From the human T2T-CHM13v2.0 reference genome, Homo sapiens, in assembly GCF_009914755.1 (NCBI RefSeq), contig NC_060940.1: 64,000 bases of DNA; one strand, given 5' to 3'. Positions 44,799 through 56,200 of the stretch are shown piece by piece; the stretch's first letter is position 1; the number at the start of each line of letters is the position of its first letter. Made by a program: the position numbers and the translations under genes. Below the pieces are notes generated by a model. That model saw nothing but the letters and a program-made list of their open reading frames with translations, ran no database searches and was not told the DNA's origin.

Positions 44799-44873
44799 CT
44801 TTGCGCGCCTTCTTCTGCAGCTTCAGCGTGTCCGACGACTTCTTTTTGATCTCATGCCGGGCTCGTTTGTACT
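44799..44873 (-). CDS. MTSS2: MTSS2 exon 6 (E-YKRARHEIKKKSSDTLKLQKKARK), basic membrane-binding cluster
   Basis: ctgcAG|ag tac ... aaa g|GTagtg; 75 nt. Confidence 0.96.
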
Positions 44874-44954
44874 CTGCAGAAGGGGAGAGCGGAGCGCTCT
44901 AATGGGGTCCCTGCGGAGTGGGGGGTGGGAAGCCCGGCTCCGCGCCACCCTCAC

Positions 44955-45046
44955 CTTTCGCGTGGTCCTTGTCCAGCTGGTTGGCCGCCTTCTTCCAGTC
45001 CTCGATGCGCTCCTGCAGCGGGTTGATGAGGCTCTCCAGCAGTGCG
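44955..45046 (-). CDS. MTSS2: MTSS2 exon 5 (N-ALLESLINP...KDHAK)
   Basis: ccgcAG|c gca ... aaa g|GTgagg; 92 nt. Confidence 0.96.
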
Positions 45047-45139
45047 CTGCGGAGGGCGGGCGGGAGCGCAGGTCAGGGCCGGGCTCCCCCGCGACGCCCC
45101 GTCCCCCCGCCCCCCTGCCCGCCCGCAGCGCCCACTCAC

Positions 45140-45224
45140 TTGGTGAACTGCCGCAGCTTGGTCTCGATGCTGCGGTGGCGCATGCACATGCGTGTGAGCG
45201 CCGAGCCGATGTCCCTCGTGGCCC
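45140..45224 (-). CDS. MTSS2: MTSS2 exon 4 (G-ATRDIGSALTRMCMRHRSIETKLRQFT)
   Basis: cgccAG|gg gcc ... acc aa|GTgagt; 85 nt. Confidence 0.96.
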
Positions 45225-45962
45225 CTGGCGAGGCAAGCGCGGGGTGGGAAGGGGCCCGCTGGGGCCTGCGCAGTCCCGGCCTCGGGCCAGGAGGGGGCGC
45301 CCCGGCCGCGCAGGCGGAGCCCGCAGCCCGCGCCCTGCCCCCGCCGAGCCGCAGTCCCGCCGGCCCTGGGGGATTCGGGGCCTCCTCCATCTCCACCAGC
45401 TCTTCCTCCGCCATCCCAGCCGCGCCAGCCTCCTGCGGCGGCCTCCCCTCTCTCCCAGCTGGGAGAGGCCGGCGCCAAAGACCGTTCCAGGAGCCGGCCA
45501 AACGACCCTCCAGGTGTGCCCAGATGCAGGTGCGGGAGTGTGAGCACGCCCAAGGCCCGAAGGAGCGGGAGCCCCAGGTCTCTGCCACTCGGACCAGAGG
45601 GCAGAGGCGGCGCCAAGCCCAACGGCGCGCTCACCTGACCCTGCGTGCTCTTAGAAGGACACGAGGGCATGAGTGGGAAGAAGCCCTAAGGAGAATCTCC
45701 GTGCTGGGGGGTCACATGAACAGCCCACAGCAAAAAGGGAATCCCCGGGGAACACTCCTGTCACTACTTACCCACTCCTGCTTGCATGCCTCTTGTGACG
45801 AGGGGCTCACTCTCTCCACAACCAGCCCACTCCACTAAGGAGCAGAACTGAAGGTTCTGGGCTTGGCGTCCCGTCCTTTCCCTGGCCCATCCCCTACTCT
45901 TCCTTTCCAGCCTCCAGGCCCACCCTGGGGCAACCCCAACCTCCAGCCACGCGCCTCCCCAC

Positions 45963-46036
45963 CTCGGGTGTTGGTAGCCATGTCAGCCACTTTCTGGAAG
46001 GCATCCAGGAAGGCCACAGCAGCCAGCACGGTGGTC
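45963..46036 (-). CDS. MTSS2: MTSS2 exon 3 (R-TTVLAAVAFLDAFQKVADMATNTR)
   Basis: ccccAG|g acc ... cga g|GTgggg; 74 nt. Confidence 0.96.
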
Positions 46037-46134
46037 CTGGGGAGAGGGACAACGGCATGGATGGTCGGTGGTTGGGCGGGGGGGGGGGGCCTCTGCCTGC
46101 CCCTCCCCTGCTGGGGTGCCCTGGGCCACCTCAC

Positions 46135-46196
46135 CTCAGCTGGGAATGCAGCTTCGTGGCCTTGGAGTTGAAGTCCTCCCAGATAGGGTAGGAGCT
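46135..46196 (-). CDS. MTSS2: MTSS2 exon 2 (SSYPIWEDFNSKATKLHSQL)
   Basis: cggcAG|agc tcc ... ctg ag|GTgagg; 62 nt. Confidence 0.96.
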
Positions 46197-49100
46197 CTGC
46201 CGGGCAAATGGGAGAGAAAGTGAGCTTCTTGTGGGGTGGTTGCAGGGCTTGACCTGGGCCGGGCTCCCTGCATGCTCCATCCAGACTTGGGGCAGTTTCT
46301 AAGACAGCAGCCCTGCCCCATGGAGAGGGAGGCTCTGGGTCCTCTCGGAGGGCAGAGGACCAAGGACAGAGCCATCAGCATGAGGAAAGCCTGTCCCTGG
46401 GAACGGGCGCCTTTGCCAAGCCCTCCCTCCCTGACATCAGGACATCCACCCTACAGGCTACAGGGGGCTCACATCCTCCCTCAGGGGAAATGGAGCAGGA
46501 AGTGGCAGGTCCTGTCCCCTCGGGGTTTCCCAGGGGCCTGGCAGGGGATCTGGGCTGAGCCCAATGAGAGGCATCGTGTCTCCCGGACATGTGCCTAGGA
46601 CACTGGCACTGACCTGCCCACCAGGGGCAGAGGCACAGTGTGGAGGGTAGGGGGTGGCAGGGCTGAAGGCACACCAGGTGTAGACTGGGGCCTCCGGGGC
46701 CCCTGCCCTGTGTCCTGGAAGCTGCCATCCCAGGCCAGCAGCAGTGGCTCCCAGGGCCGAGGAGGCTGTGGCTGCTGCAGGGCCCAGCTAGCCTGCCTGG
46801 GACAACCAGGCCCTGGGCTGAATGGGGCCTTGTGCGGCCAACAGAGCCACCTTTCTCCACCCCCTGCTCCCCTCCCCTCCTGGGGAAACAGTGTGGCCTT
46901 TATCCCAGCCTGGCCCAAGGCTCCAAGTTGGGAGGGGGTTTCCCAATAGGGAGGTCGGGCTCCTGGCCACCGAGTTGTCCAATCTGATTTTGGGGCTTTT
47001 CTGGTTAACGCATGCCCCGGGGTCCTGGAGAAACCTCAGCCCTGGCCCAAGGGCCCTGTGGAGGTTTTGCCCCTTGACGGGCAGCCCTGGGCCAGCCAAG
47101 CCCCAGCCCACAGGGGCTTCTGACCCTCCCTTCCATGTAGGATGGGGCGATGGAGGCTGGGGCTCTTCCTGAGGAAAGGGGAATGCGGAGACCCTGGCCC
47201 TCAGGGCCTCAGAGGGAGGCTCTGCCTGGCTGCAACCCAGGAGCAGGCTAGGGCTTGCCCTGCCAGGCTAGGAGAGCTTGCAGGGGTGGGAAGGAGACAG
47301 GGCGGCTTAGGGGGCCTCAGAATCTCCCTCCCCTCCCAGCCCAACCAAACCAGTGTCCAGAGAAAGCAAATATTTGCAAAGTCCACAGAGGCTGAAGCAA
47401 GAGTGGGTAAGCTGTGGGTGGGCTGTTCCCAAATGGGCACAGCTCAGGGTGAAGGGGCCTGGGAAGCTGTTCCTAGCCGTCCCAAGGAGTGGACTCATGC
47501 CACCTATGCCTGGAGTACCCCTTGGGGGTCTTCTAAAAGGGGGCGCTCTCCCACCGCCTGGACCCCCACCCCCACTCAGCCTTGAAACCTTGCTAAGATC
47601 TCCCTTTAGGGAGCAGAGAAGTTGCTAGGGGTGGAGGGGGGTCCAGAGCCAGCTGCCCTGGCACCCAGGAACCTTCTTAGCCCCTGAGCAGCCCTGGGGC
47701 AGTCTCAGAGATTAAAGGCTCTCCCCATGGGGAGGGGACAAGATGGGGCGCAGGGGAGGCCAGGCCATTTCCCCTCAGCAGATGGACCTAGATGCCTCAG
47801 TCTCTAAGGACCTGGACCCGCCCCCCTCCCCACGGTAACCACATAAAGGACCCCAGAGACAAAGAGCTTATGTCTTATTTGTTTATATCCGCCTCTTCAT
47901 GGATAGGTCAATTTCACTGATTAAAAATAAGAGATAGGGCTCCAGCAGCCAGTGCCCCAGGAACAGCATCCTCAGCCTTCACCTGGGACAGGCCCAGGTA
48001 AACCTTCCCAACAGCCCCATTTCACCAACAAGGAAACAGAAGCCCGTAGAGGTTAGCTCATTTGCCCACGGCCACAGGGTGGCGGGGTCAGGACCTGATC
48101 CCATGTCTGCCTGGTCACTGCACGCCAGGTAGAGGGACTCCCTTACAAAGCAGGGAGACAAGCACTGAACGTCAAGGCTGGGGAGGCGGCAGGGACTGCT
48201 GGGATGTGAGAGACACCCAGTTCTGCCCCAAGCACAGTGGCTGCTCTGGAGTGGGGAGGTGAGGGGCTTCTCATTAGAGGCGCCCAAGTGGACAGGGATG
48301 AGGGGACTCTGTCTCTGTCCCGGCAGTGGCTGTGGTTCAGATGTGGAGTGTGGGTGAGCAATCCAGCCTCCAATCCCAGGGAGTGGGCTTTCCAGGTGCC
48401 CCTGGGCAAGGGCCCCCTGTCTGAGCCTCAGTTTCTTCACCTGTAAAATCAGGAGAGGAGGAGCACCTGCCCCACTGGGTCAGTGTGGAAATTGAAGCAG
48501 GTGCTGCTCAGCCAGCACTCCTCGCAGCGCCCAGCACGCAGTAAGTGCTCAGTTAACACCAGCTAACAGTACGCAAGCCCTGCCCTCTGCAGGGGCCCCT
48601 AGCAGAGGCCTGGCCAGGCCTATGTGTCCAGGTGACATTCCCCACTCTTGAGGGGTGGGTGAAGAGTATGACCCCATTTTCTGGCTGGGCCAGCACTGGG
48701 TGGAGGCCCCATTCACCTTGCTGAAGGTGCCGTGCCCAGAACTATGACCTTTGGCAAGTCTCTGCCCCTCTCTGGGTTTCAATGGGCAGCCTGACACCAG
48801 TGGGCATCTGACCTTGGCCCCCGCTCAGCCCAAGGTCAGGGCCTCCCAGAGGCCCAGGGGAGGGCTTCTGTGGGGCCTGTGGACTCACTGTGGGGTGGCC
48901 TCACGGGGCAAGCTCAGTCTCCTCAACCTGGCTGCTGATGGCCGCCCTTCCTCTACGGAGGCCCTGCTGCTCAGGCCACCGAGGGGAAAATCCAGAAGCT
49001 GCCCCCGCAAATCCAGGTGGTCAGCTTCCAGGTGGCCTCATCCCCTTCTCTGCCCCTGGTCATGGCCCCTGAACACATGCCTGTGTCATAGGTAGGGGCG

Positions 49101-50599
49101 AATCTGTCCTTGGCATCATCCCAGGTGAAGCCTCTCCTGTTTTGCCTCCACATGTCAGCAAATCATGCCCGATGTCTGGCTTGAACCTCTTGCTATGATC
49201 TGGGCCCACTTCCTTCTGTCTCATCCCAAAGTTCCTTGCAAATTGGCTGGAGAGGGAGAGAGACTGTCCTAGTCCACTTCCACGAGCAAAATCTGCTGCT
49301 CTCTGCAGTGGTTGCTATGAGGCTGCCAGTGGTGGTGGGTGGTGGGGTGCGGGAAGGCCCATCCGGAGCCAGCTCTGGGATCGGCCAGGGGAGGGTGGTC
49401 TGTGTTGCCCAGTCCCTTAACAGGATCCTGGGGCCAGGGCTGTGATGTCCACAGGACAGGTGGGGACTGCTGGGGGCCAGCGGAGGGGCCCAGATGTACA
49501 GTTGCAAGAGATGGGGGTCCCAGGGGGAGTGCACCATGAGGGGCAGGGGGTGGGGGGCATCTACAAGCCGCTAACTGGGTAGTCCCAGGCCAGGCTGGCT
49601 TCAGGCCTCTTCCGGGGGCAGAGATCTGGCAGCTGTCCCTGGGGCTGTTGTCCTGGCAGCACCGGGAGCCTCGAACTCCAACCTGCCAGCAACCCCCACC
49701 CCTCACGGGGCCTGTCCTAGCAGCACTGTACTGGGTGGTGTCACCCCCATCCCTGGCCTGGTGGGATTCTGTGTTGTGCACTTGGAGAATCTGCGCTGGG
49801 GTGTGGGGGTGGGGGCCCTTGGGAGATCCTGTGGGGTGCCTCGTTCTTTCCCCTTCTCCCAGCCCCCAAATCCTGCCCCTTCATCCTAGGCTAAGGAAAG
49901 GGGGCACGGCAGGAGGGCAGGAATACTGGTTCCTGGCCCCCACCCTATCACTGGAGCTGGGCCCTCTCTGCCTAGTCAGCGTAGGGCAGCCCTGCCAAAC
50001 CCTGGCCTCATTTGGGGAGAGGAACCCACTAATTTTCCCAGGAGGAAAAATGGGGGCTGAGGTCAGGGGAAGGGTCCAATAGTCTCCTTAGTGACCTTGA
50101 GCCATTTCCAGGCCTCAGTTTCCCCACCTGGTGGGGTGAGGAATGAATGGGTGGTTGGATCCAGCCTGACCTTAAGCAATCCTGGGAGACAAGGAGGGCT
50201 CGGAGCTGAGAGCCCAGGGTGGTAATGGGGTAGGAAAAGCGCTCCCTTGGGGTTGCTCCACCGACCCCAACCTTCATCCCGCCTCCTCCCAAGGTGATGA
50301 TCAAGGCCTATCCTTGGGATGCAGGGACATTCAGCCTGGAGACCTTGGAGTCCTGGAGCTTCCTGGGGCTGTGGGGGTGGGGCGGGGCTGGGGGACGCAG
50401 TCTCACGGTCGGGTGCAGAGGCCTAGGTCGGCGGGGAAGGAGTTAACGGTTCTCCGCTTTATTATTTTTTCCTGCTTTGGCGGTGACAGCATTGTCTGGG
50501 CTCCGGGGCCGTGGGGGAACATGGTGGTGGAAGGGGGCGGAGGCCGGTAAGACCCCGGACTCGTTAAAGGGCCCTAGAGTCGGTCCTGGATCCAAACCC

Positions 50600-51710
50600 C
50601 ATTCATGGTTTGGCGGTCTGGGGCGCAGGGAGCCTGCGTGTGCACAGGCTCGGGTCAGGACCCCACGGGGCCACCGCGGGCACCGCACGGACACCCCGAC
50701 ACACGAGCACCCACACCCCCAGACGGGCACCCGGAGACACGGGCGCCCAGCAGACGCAGGCAGGACGCGCTCAGACAAGGACACACAGACACCGCGGCGC
50801 GCGGCCACACGAGGCTCGGCCACCCGCCGCCACGCGTCCCCGGGGGGTCCCGCACCCGTCGCCGCGCGCCCGGCCCCGCCGCGCCCCGGTTACCTTCATG
50901 TCGTTGACTATGGCCTGGAAGAGCCCGCCCAGGGCGCCGCACTCCTTCTCCGCCGTCTCCATGCTCTGGCTGGGCCGGGCCGCGGCGGCGGCTAGGCGCA
51001 CGGAGCGCGGGGAGCAGCGCAAGGGAGGGGGCCAGGCCGCGCGGGCGCTCGCTCCGAGGCCGGGCCGGGCCTCCCGCCTCCAGGCTGCGCTCAGCGGCCG
51101 GCCGCGCCGCGCTCCGGGGTCGCGGGCCTCCGGCGGGCGGCGCAGGCCATGTCGCAGCGGGGCTGGCGGGCGGCGCGGGGGGCGCGGCGCGGGCAGCTCG
51201 CGGCGCAGCCTCGGCGCGGGGACTGACGGCGGCGGTAATCCGAGCCGCCGAGGATCGGGCGTCACGTGGGCGCGGCGGAGGGGGGACCGCGAGGAGGGAG
51301 GGAAGGAGGGCGGGCCGCGCGGGAGGGGGCTGTGGGAACGGCCGCGCGGGCGCAGGCCCATTCACGGCCAGAAACCAGGGCTTTGAAATCCGAGCCCGGG
51401 CGCTGCCAGACTGGTCCGGCGAGCGGGGCCGACGGGCGCGGGCGCCACCGAGGGTCGGGGGGCGGCGCTGGGCGGGGCCCGCCCTGCCCACGCAGGAGCG
51501 GGACTGGCGGTTGGGCCTCGGCCCCCGGGCAGGGGCTCCACGATATCTTCTGGCCTTTGGTCTGGGGCGGGGGGCTTCTCGCGCTTCTAAAGACAGGCAG
51601 TGGGTACAGTGGCGGGATGGGGTCGGTGCATGGGCTGGATGGGTGGCATACACCGCACACAGCAGGGCGCGGGGTATCGTGGAGCCGCCCGCCTTGGGAC
51701 GTTTCATCGC
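50600..51710 (-). promoter_or_regulatory. MTSS2: CpG island: MTSS2 promoter and first exon, with GTCACGTG E-box (51261-51268) and GC boxes
   Basis: Very high GC and CpG density by inspection; surrounds exon 1. Confidence 0.9.
50894..50962 (-). CDS. MTSS2: MTSS2 exon 1 coding part (METAEKECGALGGLFQAIVNDMK), I-BAR/IMD N-terminus
   Basis: cagagcATGG in strong Kozak context ... aag|GTaacc; MIM-family N-terminus. Confidence 0.97.
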
Positions 51711-52630
51711 AGGCACAGACCTTCCTCAAGTTCGGACCCTTCCAAGTTCCTTGGCTCCTTCTCCAAGTGGTGCCGATGCCACCCGGATGGGGTGCCCAAG
51801 GCTGGGCATTTGGGGGGCAGTGGTAGTCTCCTGGGCCTTGAACAACCTCCTTCTTCGCGGGTGGGGGCTAATGTCGGACCTGCAGAGCAGAGCTGGACTG
51901 TCCTTGGTCTCTGCTGCCTGAGTCCACGGTGGGTGCGATGCACACACGTGCATGGGGTAGCAATGTCAATCGCAGCCTGTCCTGGAGACTCCAGGCAGGG
52001 AAACCCACCCTGGGGGGCAGCACGATGGGGGAGCGCACTCTGGGGAAGAGCAGGCACAAGCTCCTTCTCGCCTACTCCATGGGCCGGAGGGAGCCAATTA
52101 CAAGCTCATTAGGAGACCAAGCCCAGGGTTCCCAAAGCCTGGGGACAGGTGGTACCACTCCCGGTGAGGAAGGGCTTTCAGCTGCAGCAGTGGTTGGGGC
52201 ACCTGCCCCTCCCTGGACTGCTCTGGGCTTTTCCTCCCCTTGCCCCGAGATCTGCAAAGTGTTCTGCAGTGTGCATTGCCCTTTCATCCAGGAACTCCTG
52301 GGGCTCAGCTCCCATGTCCCCAGTGGGGAACTCCCATTGCCCCAGGGAGTCAGGATGAGAAAGGCAGATTGGGGAAGGCAGGGTTCAGGATTCCAGGGCA
52401 GGCAGTGCATGGTGCTCTCCAGGAGGGTGCAGGTTCCAGAGGTGGGGACCTAGGCTCTAGGCCCATGGCTCCACTCAGGTGAGTGCAGGGACCAGGCCCT
52501 GGGGCAGCCAGTACTCCTTGGGGCCATCATGAAACCCGATCTCCAGGACAGAGGGTGAGGCCCCCGGACAGCTGCACGTGTCAGCTGGGAAGGAGCAGGC
52601 CGGCTCGGGTTGAGGGTTTTCTGTTATTTC

Positions 52631-52636
52631 TTTATT
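52631..52636 (-). terminator. VAC14: VAC14 poly(A) signal AATAAA
   Basis: Plus-strand TTTATT ~460 nt past the VAC14 stop codon. Confidence 0.8.
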
Positions 52637-53096
52637 GGGGTGGGGGTGGGGTGCATCATTCAGATCTTTGTGCTGGTGCCTACGTGCATACAAGTACACA
52701 CACACACACACACACAGGCATGTGTTCACGTATGTATACATATACACACAAGGCCAGAGCTCTAGTGTGCTGGAGGAGGGGCAAGCTCTTTTTCCAAGAG
52801 GGTATTAGAAAGAGGTTGATTCCAGAGGATGAGTGGTCTCTGAGGCTATAGCCCCCCACTGGGTGGGCAGCCAGCTCTGTGAGAATGCCAGGGTGCAGCT
52901 GACAGCGCTGGAGGCCTGGGGACTGGACTCTGAGAGGAGCTTGGGCAGACACAGCAGCCTCCGGCCCCAACACTGCCCTGGGTTGGCAGGCCCAGCCCTG
53001 GTCCTGACAGGCAGGTCCTTGAGCTCCTCGGGAGGGCGTGACGACCCTTAGTGTTTCATGGGACCACTCGGTGGGCCCTCCTCCGTGCCAGGCCTG

Positions 53097-53259
53097 TCAG
53101 AGGACAACCCTCCGGTCCAGGTGGTCCCCACGCCCGCTCCGCTGGTGCCGCACTTCCAGGTGCTTGTTCTGGACCTTCTCAAAGTGCTGCAGCAGCTCTG
53201 CGTAGTCGATGCTAGGGGAGTCAGCTTTCTGGGACTTGGGGGCTGCCTTTAGACTGTCT
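53097..53259 (-). CDS. VAC14: VAC14 last exon ([11 protein letters not shown]...DHLDRRVVL*), C-terminal PDZ-binding end
   Basis: tcccAG|a gac agt ... gtc ctc TGA; matches the known VAC14 C-terminus. Confidence 0.96.
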
Positions 53260-56200
53260 CTGGGAAGAGGGAGCAGAAATGCTCAGTGTCAGGGATCAGC
53301 TCACAGGGGGGTTACTGCTGGAGGGCAGTGGGGTCAGAGGCAGAGCCACAGGCTGGTGGGCTCGGCCTGTGGGCGTCTGTCTCAGGCCTGGCAACTCTTC
53401 CGTCATGGCGGGCCCCAGAGCTGGGAAGCCCCTGAGCATCCCCCTCTTCCGCAGTTGGTGGGAACAGCTAACACTGCTGCTTGGCTATTGCCCTCGGCCT
53501 GTGGGCTGGCGATGGCGCCCAGAGCAGGCATCGCATTGGGAAGCATTTCCTGTTTACGAGTGGCTCCCTTTGGGGTGAAAGCCAGGGCTAGCAGCCAGCC
53601 AGGAAGCCAGCTGGGGCCTGGAACAGGGTCTGGGGAGAAGGGGGAGGTGGCAGCTTGGCCCTTTCTCTGAGAGGCAGGGCTAGGACTGGGGAAAATGGGA
53701 ATTGCTGAAGAGCCTCTGCCGGGCCCTCCACTTGGCAGGACATTTGTTTTTGAGTGTTGGGGCCCCAAGGCCTGCAGTCACTCACTGTCCCTGGGAGGAG
53801 GAATGCCGGTCTCACCACTGGACATGCCTACAGCTCCTACATTCCTGTTGCTGCCACCCTCTCCAGTTGCTCTGTACAGCAACACAGGTTGTGCACTGCA
53901 CAGCTAGTGTGCATGATGCTCCCTATAATGGTGCAATGCGGTAGCCTTGCTGTCCCTGTCAAGCCCAGTGCTTAGCTTGCCCCTGGCGATGAGATCCCCT
54001 TGGGCTCCTGTCCTGTTCCTACTCACCCTCCAGCAGTGTCTCATGAAATGTTCTGCTCCCTCCCTTTGGCCTCACTGGTTTGGAGGAGCAGATCCATGTG
54101 GGCTAGGAAGTATCTGTTTCCAGGCCCTGAGGCCTGGTGGACCTGGGAAGGGGTCTCAGGAAGACTGTGGGCTGCTCAGCTAAGCAGAGAGTCTTGGGGC
54201 CCTTCCAGTTTATGAAAAGATGCCAATCGGCGGGGCCGGGAAGGGGGGTGCAGGCACTGGCAGAGCACAGGATCTAGACAGACCTGGACCCAACCATAAC
54301 TCCACCGCTTCCTAGCGGTGTGACTTGAGCATGTGACTGTTTCCTCATCTGCAAAGCGAGGGCTACCTAAGGAGCGGCCCTGGGGTGGCTGCCAAGATGC
54401 CTTGACACGATGTGTAAGAGCTTCACCTGGTATCCAGCCCCAGCTTAGGTATCTGGCAGGTGCCACTGTGGCTACAGTTCTGCCCCTCCAACGTGAGGCC
54501 AGCCGGGGCCCAGCAGCTTGAGGGTGGAAATAAAGGAGGCCATTTTGGGGGAGACAAAATGGAGCTCCCCCAAAACGAATTCTTGGCCATGAGTTCAGTC
54601 CAGCAGGAAGAGTCAACGGCCAGAGCCTGACAGTTGCTTCAGGTGGCCCACCAGCCTGCTGGGCAGGACCGGGGCAGGGGGACTCTTCCCACAGTTGAGA
54701 TGCCATCTGGGGCCCGGAGGCGGCCTCCTGCACCCCTGCTCAGCTCTGCCTGCCCACACCTGTTCCCTTCCCGCCTCCCTGCTGAAGATGCACCACCAGA
54801 AAACATCTTGGACATGTCTACGGCTGCGGCTGCTGCTTTTCTGGGCCTGGCGCTCCTGGCTCCCTAGCGGGGCTCAGCTGACTTTAGTTCAACAAAGATC
54901 AAAAGCAGCTGGGCGGGGCCATTCTAGAGGGCCAGGCTGTGGGCAGTGTTCTAGGCTGTGGTTGCTACTGGGAAGGGACCTCCCAGGCACAGTAACCTTG
55001 GGAACCAGGTGCCACTGCTCCAAGAGAGCAGCTTGGACTTCTAAGGAGGCCAAGGGCCACCCCGGAGCTTGCAGCCCTAAGTCCAGGGTGTGGCCAGACG
55101 CTCCTCTAACCCACTTAGGCCAAGGCCACAGGTGTGACCCTAAAGTGTGTCTTCTGATGCTGGGCACCCACAGGTCTGTGCGTTGCTCCCCGTGACACTC
55201 CTGGCAAGCCAAGGCCTTAGGTTAGGGGAGCTTAGGGGCCTTTAGAGAGATGCTCTCAGCACTGGATGGCAAACCCGGGAAGATGGCGTCGGTGTGGCAG
55301 GGTTGGTCGGGGTGGGAAGAGTGGGCCACATCTGCTCCCTGGGCCCTTAGGGTGGCAAGAAGTCCTGCTCCCTGTGATGGGCAGACCCTTCCTGGCCTGA
55401 GATCTTGGGAGCAGGGCGGGCTGTGTCACCGGGGGTGGGTGACACTGCCTGGGCTGCTGAGCACAGAGGCCAGGCCCGCTCTCCCTGCCCCACCTAATGC
55501 AGATGGCTGCTCTCAGGCCCTGCACATCTTCTGTAGGTCCATAACCACCCTCGGGCACCGAGGCTGAGGCCAGCCAGCCCACAGCACAGTGTGGCAAGTC
55601 CAGGACTCAGGGCCGGCTCTCACTCTTGCCATCCCACCCATGCACCTGTTGCCAGCTTTTTCTTAGAGGTTCCCTCCTGCCTTACTGAGGAGACAGTCCC
55701 TGGGGAGTGGCCCAGAAGCCAGGGGGTGGGGGAGCTGAGGTCCCCAGGGCCTTGATGGCACTTGGAGCACACAGAACCAGGGATGGGCGAGGAGTGTACA
55801 AAACTCTCCCAGCTGTTCCCAGCTCCAAGGCCTGCCCCGCAACTCGACCCTGTCTGCCAGCTGTCTGCCCCTCCCAGGGCTGGGACTGTCCTCAGCTCCC
55901 TTCCCAGGGTGTGAGCCGTCCTCTGGGCCCCACCCTGCAATCTGACCCCTCCCCCAGCTGTTCTGAAGTCCCCTGGCATGCCCACTGCTTCTGTGCCCCT
56001 ATCTATGGTATCTCTTCCTAGGTCGTTGCAAAGTAAGGCTGGGGGTCCAGGGCATTGAAGGCTAGGGGGTGTCTCACACACCCATTTAGTCCAAATGTGC
56101 ATTTACTGACCAAGTAACCAAGAACCCAGAGAGGGCACTGGGCTTGCTGGAGGTCACACAACAAATCCATGGCAGAGCTCACACCAGATCCTACTCTAGG

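Larger units (their letters stand above)
44780..45640. promoter_or_regulatory. Intragenic CpG island over MTSS2 exons 4-6
   Basis: Dense CpG (cgcg, ccgc, gccg) extends well into intron 3; introns 4 and 5 are only 93 and 81 nt. Confidence 0.8.

Noticed and set aside
50477-51826. Many overlapping 170-353 aa Arg/Pro/Gly/Ala ORFs (also at 44506-45838)
   Set aside because: Expected in CpG islands, where stop codons are rare.
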